Shown: positions 1 to 6,849 of the stretch, piece by piece
Numbering within the stretch: the stretch's first letter is position 1
How the letters are laid out: the number at the start of each line of letters is the position of its first letter
Assembly: GCF_023333595.1 (NCBI RefSeq)
Contig: NZ_JAIQZM010000001.1
Span: 505,917 to 529,916, forward strand
Length of the DNA stretch: 24,000 nt
Reading direction: 5' to 3'
Source of the DNA: Argonema galeatum A003/A1
Lineage (GTDB): Bacteria; Cyanobacteriota; Cyanobacteriia; Cyanobacteriales; Aerosakkonemataceae
Notes under the pieces: generated by a model
What the model saw: the letters and a program-made list of their open reading frames with translations, nothing else
The model's database searches: none
What the model was told of the DNA's origin: nothing
Made by a program: the position numbers and the translations under genes

Positions 1-1
1 T

Positions 2-1474
2 CGGGACAAGTTGCTGGAAATTATTACCAAGTTTCTGAAAGTGCGGGATTTTTCCCAACCTCGCGAAAAAGCACAAACCCTGATTAACCAACTGCGCGAA
101 CGCAATTTTATTCTCTGTTATTTGGGTGATGAGTATTACGGTTTTGTTCATCGCACGTTTTTGGAATATTTCTGCGCTTGGGAATTTGTGGATAAGTTTG
201 AAAAGCAGCGCATTTTGACGGAGGAGGAGTTAAAAAACGAGGCGTTTGGGAAACATTGGCAGGATGAATCTTGGCATGAAGTGTTGCGGTTGATTTGCGG
301 GATGCTGGCAGAAAAAGTAGCGGGGGAGATGATTGAGTATTTGATGAGTGAAAAGGATGAATCTGAGTTTATAAATCTAATTTTGGCGGCTGAATGTCTG
401 GTAGAAGTGAGAAATATCTCTACTATTAAATCAACTTCTGCATTACTGCTGGATGCTTTGAAAAATGCTACCAAGAAAGTTCGGAAATGGGAAACTGCTA
501 CAAAAGTTATTCAGGCGATCGCAACAACCTGGAAAAACGACCCGCAAACCCTACCCCTACTCCAATCCTGCGTTCAGTCAGATCCGAATTCGGATGTGCG
601 ACGTGCAGCAGTGTATGCGATCGCCTCTAATTACAAAGAAGACCCGCAAACCCTACCCCTACTCCAATCCTGGGTTCAGTCCGCTCCGAATTTGGTTGTG
701 CGACAAACAGCAGTGGATGCGATCGCCTCCTATTACAAAGAAGACCCGCAAACCCTACCCCTACTCCAATCCTGCGTTCAGTCCGATCTGAATTGGAGTG
801 TGCGACGTGCAGCAGTGGATGCGATCGCCCGATATTACCAAGAAGACCCGCAAACCCTACCCCTACTCCTATCCTGCGTTCAGTCCGATCCGGATTGGAC
901 TGTGCGACAAGCAGCAGTTCAGGCGATCGCCCAATATTACAAAGAAGACCCGCAAACCCTACCCCTACTCCAATCCTGCGTTCAGTCCGATCCGCATTGG
1001 GGTGTGCGACGTGCAGCAGTGAAAGCGATCGTCCTATATTACCAAGAAGACCCGCAAACCCTACCCCTACTCCAATCCTGGGTTCAGTCTGATGCGAATT
1101 CGGATGTGCGATATGCAGCAGTGGATGCGATCGTCCAATATTACCAAGAAGACCCGCAAACCCTACCCCTACTCCAATCCTGCGTTCAGTCCGATGCGAA
1201 TTGGAATGTGCGACGTGCAGCAGTGGATGCGATCGCCGAAAATTGGAACCAAGAACCTGGAATGTTTGAGTTTTTCTACAATTGCGCCATCAACGATCCC
1301 TTTGAGCGTGAGGAAGATTGGCAAACTAACCCCCGACAAACTGCTCTTGAAGCAATTCTAGAACATCATGGCGACAATCCCCGCACGCTGGAGTTGTTGC
1401 GCGACCGATCCGAACATGAGCCCGATGAGAAGTTGCGGGAATTTGCTAAGAAAAAATTGCAGAAAAGAAGTTGA
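2..1474 (+). CDS. STAND (NACHT-type) NTPase, C-terminal part, with a HEAT / PBS-lyase-like repeat array; the 5' end lies outside the window
   Basis: The frame is open from base 2, with no stop before the TTG at 11, so the window edge truncates the ORF. The N-terminal stretch (YYGFVHRTFLEYFCAWEF, WHEVLRLICGML) resembles the helical tail that follows NACHT NTPase domains. Seven tandem 34-aa units follow, consensus DPQTLPLLQSCVQSDxNxxVRRAAVDAIAxYYxE, which is HEAT-like. Confidence 0.8.
   Translation, partial: RDKLLEIITKFLKVRDFSQPREKAQTLINQLRERNFILCYLGDEYYGFVHRTFLEYFCAWEFVDKFEKQRILTEEELKNEAFGKHWQDESWHEVLRLICGMLAEKVAGEMIEYLMSEKDESEFINLILAAECLVEVRNISTIKSTSALLLDALKNATKKVRKWETATKVIQAIATTWKNDPQTLPLLQSCVQSDPNSDVRRAAVYAIASNYKEDPQTLPLLQSWVQSAPNLVVRQTAVDAIASYYKEDPQTLPLLQSCVQSDLNWSVRRAAVDAIARYYQEDPQTLPLLLSCVQSDPDWTVRQAAVQAIAQYYKEDPQTLPLLQSCVQSDPHWGVRRAAVKAIVLYYQEDPQTLPLLQSWVQSDANSDVRYAAVDAIVQYYQEDPQTLPLLQSCVQSDANWNVRRAAVDAIAENWNQEPGMFEFFYNCAINDPFEREEDWQTNPRQTALEAILEHHGDNPRTLELLRDRSEHEPDEKLREFAKKKLQKRS
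539..1252 (+). repeat. Seven tandem copies of a 102-bp (34-codon) intragenic repeat that encodes the HEAT units
   Basis: The string gacccgcaaaccctacccctactccaatcctg recurs at 539, 641, 743 and onward with a 102-nt period. The copies are nearly identical at the nucleotide level, and each contains a HIP1-like gcgatcgc. Confidence 0.9.
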
Positions 1475-1815
1475 TTATTGATAGTTTGTTGTTGATTTTT
1501 TAGATATCTTGCACCAGTTGCATGACCCGCCAGCCAGGGAATCAATTCCCTGGCTAATAACGCAAGTTGCTAGTTATATAATTGAGGCTGGTATTAGGTA
1601 CGTTGTTGCGCTTTAGCGCTCTTATCCAAGTTGGTATAAGAGCGCTAAAGCCCAAACCCCCCAACAACATACCCGGAAAGCAAAAATATATGTAGGGACA
1701 CGGCATCCGGGATATTTTGGCGTTGAGAAAAAGGTTAATTATGCCGTGTCCCTACGACCAGATAGGCAACGATCGATCTTTTTGGTATATTTGATTTATA
1801 ACTGAGGAAAAGATC

Positions 1816-2055
1816 GTGCAACCATCCTTACATATCAAAACCAAAATTTTACCGGGAAATAAGATAGAAATTGAGATTCCCGAAGCTGCGATCGGCGATG
1901 CTGTGGATGTATTTGTCATTTTACCAGAAAAACCAGCCTCAAAACGGGGTTCTGCCGTAGAAATGATCGAACAAATCCGCAGTAAACGCCAGTTCAGAAG
2001 TGCTGAAGATATAGATAAGCAACTGCAAGAGGAACGGGATTCATGGGACAGCTAA
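1816..2055 (+). CDS. Type II antitoxin (VapB-like) paired with the downstream PIN toxin
   Basis: A 79-aa ORF with a GTG start, preceded by GAGGA at 1804-1808 (7-nt spacer). Its 3' end overlaps the PIN gene by 13 nt, which is the classic TA layout. The antitoxin fold itself is not recognisable by eye. Confidence 0.7.
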   Translation: MQPSLHIKTKILPGNKIEIEIPEAAIGDAVDVFVILPEKPASKRGSAVEMIEQIRSKRQFRSAEDIDKQLQEERDSWDS

Positions 2056-2486
2056 CACTTCCTTCATCTGGCATTATTTATGCTGACACATCGGTAGCGA
2101 TTTATACGATTGAAAGCCACCCTGACTATTATTCGCTACTGCAACCTCTGTGGTTAAAATTTCAATTACGCGAACTGGAAATAGCCAGCAGCGAACTAAT
2201 ATTGATGGAAACTTTAGTAGTTCCGTTGAGAAACGCTGATACTACTTTAATCAATGCTTACGAACAACTGCTTCTGTCATCCGAAATGCAGCTAATTCCT
2301 ATCAGCCAATCTATCCTGAGAGAAGTTGCAAATTTGAGGGCAACTACCAGTTTGAGAACACCTGATGCGATTCATGCTGCCACCGCTTTATCTATAAATT
2401 GTACCCTATTTCTGACGAACGATAAAGGCTTTCGCAATATTGCCAATTTACCCGTTGTTGTCCTCAGTGAAGTGTTGGCATCTTGA
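2043..2486 (+). CDS. vapC: PIN-domain ribonuclease toxin VapC
   Basis: A 147-aa protein with PIN acidic-residue contexts: IIYADTSV, LMETLVV, TPDAIHAATAL and FLTNDKGF. It overlaps the upstream small ORF. Confidence 0.8.
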   Translation: MGQLTLPSSGIIYADTSVAIYTIESHPDYYSLLQPLWLKFQLRELEIASSELILMETLVVPLRNADTTLINAYEQLLLSSEMQLIPISQSILREVANLRATTSLRTPDAIHAATALSINCTLFLTNDKGFRNIANLPVVVLSEVLAS

Positions 2487-2561
2487 ATTACAAAGTTTCC
2501 ACCGTTCATTCAGCCTCAATAGACATCTCCAGAAATTAAAGGTGCGTTACCTGTAACCCTT

Positions 2562-2600
2562 GTAGAGACGTTGCATGCAACGTCTCTACATTCTTTTTTG
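2562..2600 (+). terminator. Intrinsic terminator downstream of vapC
   Basis: A perfect 28-nt palindrome, gtagagacgttgca/tgcaacgtctctac (2562-2589), is followed by attctttttt with six T at 2594-2599. It lies 76 nt after the vapC stop, between convergent genes. Confidence 0.65.
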
Positions 2601-2619
2601 GAGAGGTCTAATACATTTT

Positions 2620-3033
2620 TTAGGGATACCGTCCTTGCTTAATCAAAATTTTACGTTGAAGTACACGACTGGGAGCATTAAACTTTAGTAATCTTACAGT
2701 AACTTCACCAATCTTAGTTATGCCTTGAATTCGACCGTTATTAAGAGAAAAATGCTCGTTCCAAACTTGACGGCGTGGGTTAAATAAAGGTACAATTTCA
2801 CCGCTAATAGAATCAATAGTAGCAAAATCAGAGCCTTTATAGCGGTTACAAGATAAACATGAAAGAGCTAAATTATCAGCACTGGTTTTACCCCCATGTT
2901 TAAGGGCGATGATATGATCTATCTCATGGCTATAGATAGAAACGTCTTGATGAATCAGGCAGTATTCACAACGTCCGAAAGCCCTTTCAATAACCAACTT
3001 ACGCAGTTCGGCAGAAATTAAATTAGAAGTCAT
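2620..3033 (-). CDS. HNH endonuclease
   Basis: A 137-aa protein with the HNH/zinc motif CEYC...HEIDHIIALKHGGKTSADNLALSCLSCNRYKG. Confidence 0.85.
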   Translation of the reverse strand: MTSNLISAELRKLVIERAFGRCEYCLIHQDVSIYSHEIDHIIALKHGGKTSADNLALSCLSCNRYKGSDFATIDSISGEIVPLFNPRRQVWNEHFSLNNGRIQGITKIGEVTVRLLKFNAPSRVLQRKILIKQGRYP

Positions 3034-3414
3034 TTAGTTAATGCCAGAATAAGCTCGTGCTTTTAGTAAAATCATCAGATGTTCTAGCTGTTCGTAAACA
3101 TCCAATTCTGCTACCTCTGGTGGAGTTAGCGTTGCTTCCCGATTTTTTGACAGCAAAGTTTGCAGCCGTGTTTGAGCTTGGGGAGAAACTTGAAAAGCAA
3201 CAATATCTTCCAGAGTCGGACTTTTGATTAAAAAGTCAATAACTTCTTGATAAACTGGAAAAATATCTGTAAAATTTGGGTTCACTTCTGACTGGATTGG
3301 TTGATAAATTTCAGGATTCTCCAGAACTTGCCAAAGCAGTTCCGGTAATCGCTCTTGCAAAGGTTCTAGGCGTTTAGCAAGTTCATCTGGAATTTGAATA
3401 GTTAGTTCTGCCAT
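3034..3414 (-). CDS. Small hypothetical protein translationally coupled to the HNH endonuclease (possible antitoxin or immunity partner)
   Basis: A 126-aa ORF whose stop codon (3034-3036) directly abuts the HNH start codon (3031-3033). The N-terminus MAELTIQIPDELAKRLE resembles those of cyanobacterial antitoxin-like small proteins. No family could be assigned. Confidence 0.6.
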   Translation of the reverse strand: MAELTIQIPDELAKRLEPLQERLPELLWQVLENPEIYQPIQSEVNPNFTDIFPVYQEVIDFLIKSPTLEDIVAFQVSPQAQTRLQTLLSKNREATLTPPEVAELDVYEQLEHLMILLKARAYSGIN

Positions 3415-3484
3415 TACTTTTGTTAGTTGATTACTTTGTTAAACTTTAGCATTGTGAAGGTGCGATCGCATATTTTAAATCTCA

Positions 3485-6415
3485 TCAAATAATCTCCACC
3501 GTTCCCCTACTCCCATCAATTCGCACTCTTTGTCCATCGCGCAACAAACGAGTCGCATCGTGAATATCCATGACAGCAGGAATTCCGTACTCGCGTGCTA
3601 CGATCGCACCATGAGATAACCTGCCCCCTACTTCCGCAATTATCCCACCCGCACGCGCCAACAGGGGAGCCCAGCCAGAGTCGGTGTAAGGTACAACTAA
3701 TATCGTAGTGCGATCGATCTCGCCAACAGCTTGCAAATTCCGCAGCACCTTGACTCTACCCTCCGCAAGTCCTGGACTGGCACCAATTCCTTGCCACAGA
3801 TGGCTGGGGAAGCGATCGTCTATATTCGATGTGGGAGATGCTGCATTACCGTAGATTACTCGTGGAACTGTATCTAATTGTCGATGTTCTTCCAGTTGCG
3901 ATCGCCTTTCTGCTATCAACTGCGGCAACCGTTCCAGTAAATCTCGATCGTTTTGTGTTATAATTTGTTCGATTTCGGAATATTCTAGAAAAAAGATATC
4001 TCCACGTTCGCGAAGCACCACCGAATCAAGCCAGATTTGCTCGATCGCCACAAAACTCCAACGCAACTCGGCCAGCAACTTACTATAAACTTCAGTTACC
4101 CGACCCTTCAGATCGAGGCGACGCTGTACCGACTGAGCCTTCTTGCTAGTCTTTCCAGGCGGTACATATTCAGGAGGCAGATTCAGAACAAATTGTGCAA
4201 ACAGTTCCCTCACGGGGCTAGGATCTTCTTTCCAGGTGGGAACAGCAATATCGGTTCCCACATCGCTGAGATAGCCGTAAATGTCTAAAAACCGATCGAA
4301 CTGCTGTAAAATTGATTGTCCATCTGCAATTTCAGCTAACGTAGCAAAGATATTAGGTGCAATTTTTTGTGCTTCTAAAGGATTGATTCTTTCTGGTTGC
4401 GGTAACAAATGACGTGCAGCAGCAGCAAGTTGCTGGAGACTTCGCAAACTCGCAAGTTCCGGCGTCTTACCAGCATCAAGTTCTTCATCTTTTACTTTAA
4501 ATATTCCCTGTCGCAACGCCAAACTTAAAGGTGCCAAAATGCTGTAATAAGTAGCGCGTTTGAGTAATCCCAGGATGAAATTAATTCTTTCTAGTATTGT
4601 TTGTGGAGAGTTTAGAGATGTTGCACTGGGGTTCATATCGGCTAACCCTGGGGCAAAGTGGCGTCGATAGTCTCTTTGAAAATCCTTTTCCAAGCGCAAT
4701 TCGCGACGCCACAACCTGAGTAATCCCGGCAGATTTTGCAAAGTAGAACGCACAGGTGGTTTGCTAAACTTCGCGCCAAGAGTCAAAAACTCCAGACTTT
4801 CCGGCGGTAGTCCCATACGAAGGAAGATTTGCCCCAACAGGGAGGCGTTGAAATAAGCACGGGAGTAGTGCAGTGTAGCAGTTTCGTTGAAATCTAAACC
4901 ATGCGATCGCTTTCCCAACACCAGTGTAAAAATTTCTCCCCAAACACCACAAGTCAGAGGACGATTAATTGACCAAGTGAGAGGGCGAATTAATCCCGGA
5001 ATTACTTCGGCGGCTATCTTTCTTGTCCAAATCGGCCATAAAGTAGTGATCGGGCGCGATTGCAACAGCCACAGTGTTTCACCATCATAACTCCACTCAA
5101 TATCTTGCGGAATGCCATGATATCGCGCTTCCAAATCTCGTGCCAAAACAGCCACTTGCCGAATTAACGTTAATGGTACATCTCCGTTTCCCTCAACGCT
5201 AACAACACTCTGCTCCTCTGCCCCTCTTCCCCTCTGCTCCTCTGCTACCAAAGCGGCGTTTCTAACTATAACTCTGTATTGTTCTGGTGTGACTTTACCA
5301 GAAACTATTCGCGAAGCAGCGCCCGGTAAAGCTTCGATCGCAACTGCGTCTCCATATCCGAGCATAGGATCGCGGCTGAAGGCAACTCCAGAAAATGCCC
5401 CAAAAACTTGTTTTTGAATCAATACAGCCATTGCCGCCTCTGGGAGATGGCGCTGTTGTCGATATTCAACAGCACTCGATCGATCGTAAGAAGCCTGACA
5501 CCGAAGGATTGCTTGTTGCAAACCATCTCGGCTCGTCACATTTAAAATAGTTTCATATTGACCAGCCGCAGAAGCATATTCCGAATCTTCTCCTATCGCA
5601 GAAGAACGCACCACCAAAGGCGACGCTGGAGAAGGTTGCAAAGACTCAATCAAAGGTGTCGGGTCATCTCCTGGCGGCAAAACCCATCCATCTGGTACTG
5701 GGTAGCCCCAACGTTTTAGCTGAGATAATGTTGCAGCTTTTTGTCCTACTTTGGAAGCATCTAGCTGTTGGTTGAGAGAAATCATCGCTTTGTCGCCACG
5801 AAAAAAGCGAAACATTGCTTGAGAATCGCGCTGTCCTGCAACTGGTGCAAGATCTAAATCATCTGGCATTTTTTTATAGATCCATCCCATTAAAACAGCA
5901 AGTGCGATCGCAGCAAAGATACGCGCAGAATCCTGGGGATGCAGACCAGCCAATATCGCTGGTAACAGAATTAAAACCGCGATTCGTCCCGCATTACGCT
6001 CACGCAAAATTGTAAAGCCAATTCCCCCAATCAAAAACACCAATCCCGCTACCCGCACATCGTGAACGACAAAACCCCAGAAAACATTGGTTGTCCCAGC
6101 GCCTTTGCCCATCCAGTAGCGTCCCATCACCAAAGCAATCAGCGCAATTATTTCCCACTCCGAACCACTTGGAAAAAAAGCACGCGCCAGCATTACAGCC
6201 GCAATGCCCTTTCCCGCCTCCGATAGCACCGCTAAGATACCTGCAAGGGTTCCGCCGTGGTAGAAAGCAGCTTGAACTCCAATATTTCCAGTGCCGATTT
6301 CTCGCAGCTTGCGTCTTCTGAGTGCGTAAACAATCCACGCAATCACGGGTAACCCTCCTAAGAGGGGACAGAGGATGAAAATCAGCAAAACACCCCAAAC
6401 TTGGGTCAGTGTCAT
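3485..6415 (-). CDS. Fusion protein: PlsY-like (glycerol-3-phosphate acyltransferase family) membrane domain + PPDK_N ATP-grasp + helical middle region + C-terminal PEP-utilising swivel phospho-His domain
   Basis: N-terminal TM region with PlsY-like motifs: GTGNIGVQAA, SEAGKGIAAV and GKGAGTTNVFWG. PPDK_N motifs: KVGQKAATLSQLKRWGYPVPDGWVL and VVRSSAIGEDSEYASAAGQYETILNV. C-terminal mobile domain: ILVVPYTDSGWAPLLARAGGIIAEVGGRLSHGAIVAREYGIPAV. The start was moved to the ATG at 6415 (MTLTQVWG...) because the track start at 6460 is a TTG inside a heptamer repeat array. Confidence 0.85.
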   Translation of the reverse strand: MTLTQVWGVLLIFILCPLLGGLPVIAWIVYALRRRKLREIGTGNIGVQAAFYHGGTLAGILAVLSEAGKGIAAVMLARAFFPSGSEWEIIALIALVMGRYWMGKGAGTTNVFWGFVVHDVRVAGLVFLIGGIGFTILRERNAGRIAVLILLPAILAGLHPQDSARIFAAIALAVLMGWIYKKMPDDLDLAPVAGQRDSQAMFRFFRGDKAMISLNQQLDASKVGQKAATLSQLKRWGYPVPDGWVLPPGDDPTPLIESLQPSPASPLVVRSSAIGEDSEYASAAGQYETILNVTSRDGLQQAILRCQASYDRSSAVEYRQQRHLPEAAMAVLIQKQVFGAFSGVAFSRDPMLGYGDAVAIEALPGAASRIVSGKVTPEQYRVIVRNAALVAEEQRGRGAEEQSVVSVEGNGDVPLTLIRQVAVLARDLEARYHGIPQDIEWSYDGETLWLLQSRPITTLWPIWTRKIAAEVIPGLIRPLTWSINRPLTCGVWGEIFTLVLGKRSHGLDFNETATLHYSRAYFNASLLGQIFLRMGLPPESLEFLTLGAKFSKPPVRSTLQNLPGLLRLWRRELRLEKDFQRDYRRHFAPGLADMNPSATSLNSPQTILERINFILGLLKRATYYSILAPLSLALRQGIFKVKDEELDAGKTPELASLRSLQQLAAAARHLLPQPERINPLEAQKIAPNIFATLAEIADGQSILQQFDRFLDIYGYLSDVGTDIAVPTWKEDPSPVRELFAQFVLNLPPEYVPPGKTSKKAQSVQRRLDLKGRVTEVYSKLLAELRWSFVAIEQIWLDSVVLRERGDIFFLEYSEIEQIITQNDRDLLERLPQLIAERRSQLEEHRQLDTVPRVIYGNAASPTSNIDDRFPSHLWQGIGASPGLAEGRVKVLRNLQAVGEIDRTTILVVPYTDSGWAPLLARAGGIIAEVGGRLSHGAIVAREYGIPAVMDIHDATRLLRDGQRVRIDGSRGTVEII

Positions 6416-6452
6416 AAGTGCGCGGGAGTGGGAGAGTGGGAGAGTGGCAAGA

Positions 6453-6487
6453 AAAGTCAAAAGTCAAAAGTCAAAAGTCAAAAGTAA
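6453..6487. repeat. Heptamer tandem array, (AAAGTCA)x4 plus one degenerate unit
   Basis: aaagtcaaaagtcaaaagtcaaaagtcaaaagtaa, read directly. It is followed by a G-tract-rich segment at 6492-6545. Confidence 0.9.
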
Positions 6488-6697
6488 AGAAGGGATTGGG
6501 GAAGAAGGGCTAGGGTCAGAGGGGCTAGGGAGAGTGGGGGAGTGGAAAAAAATCGTGTCCCTCATGCAAGCGCAAACCATTATAAGTTTCTGCCTAATGC
6601 CTATTTACACTAGGCGCATCGCACTTTAGTCTGAAAGATGAGCATTTATTGGCGATCGCAACTTGGTTAGCGGTCAGCTATAAAGATCGATCGGGAT

Positions 6698-6801
6698 AAG
6701 TAGGTGGGCGTAAATAAACTGAACTCCCAGAAACCCGGTTTCTAAGAGAAACCGGGTTTCTAGGGGCCTGGAGTTTTACGTTTAAATATGCCCACCTACT
6801 T
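6698..6801. repeat. 104-bp imperfect palindrome (nested hairpin) upstream of the ATP-grasp gene
   Basis: The outer arms aagtaggtgggc (6698-6709) and gcccacctactt (6790-6801) are perfectly complementary. The inner arms agaaacccggtttct (6729-6743) and agaaaccgggtttct (6747-6761) form a perfect 15-bp stem with a 3-nt loop. Confidence 0.85.
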
Positions 6802-6849
6802 AGAAACAGCCAATTAGCGATCGCCCATCACATATCATCAATACTCAAT

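Noticed and set aside
465-1361. Plus-strand ORFs in the other two frames across the HEAT repeats (465-791, 793-1092, 798-1022, 1092-1361)
   Set aside because: They exist only because the 102-bp repeat keeps alternative frames open periodically. Their products are low-complexity (PYPYSNPAFS, RPANPTPTPIL), and they lie fully inside a well-supported CDS.
4037-5090. Antisense and alternative-frame ORFs within the fusion gene (4037-4288, 4764-4952, 4887-5090, and also 5815-6015 and 6091-6321)
   Set aside because: They lie entirely inside a long CDS with clear domain motifs and show no independent signals.
6416-6460. Track start of the large fusion gene at 6460
   Set aside because: The codon is TTG and lies inside the AAAGTCA heptamer array. 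The ATG at 6415 gives an N-terminus that enters directly into the first TM helix, as in PlsY proteins. The longer form cannot be excluded without homologue alignment.
6000-6629. ORFs 6000-6467 (minus, 155 aa) and 6375-6629 (plus, 84 aa)
   Set aside because: The first is an alternative frame of the PlsY-like domain. The second is translated from heptamer and G-rich repeats (KVKSQKSKVKSKEG...). Neither has a family resemblance.
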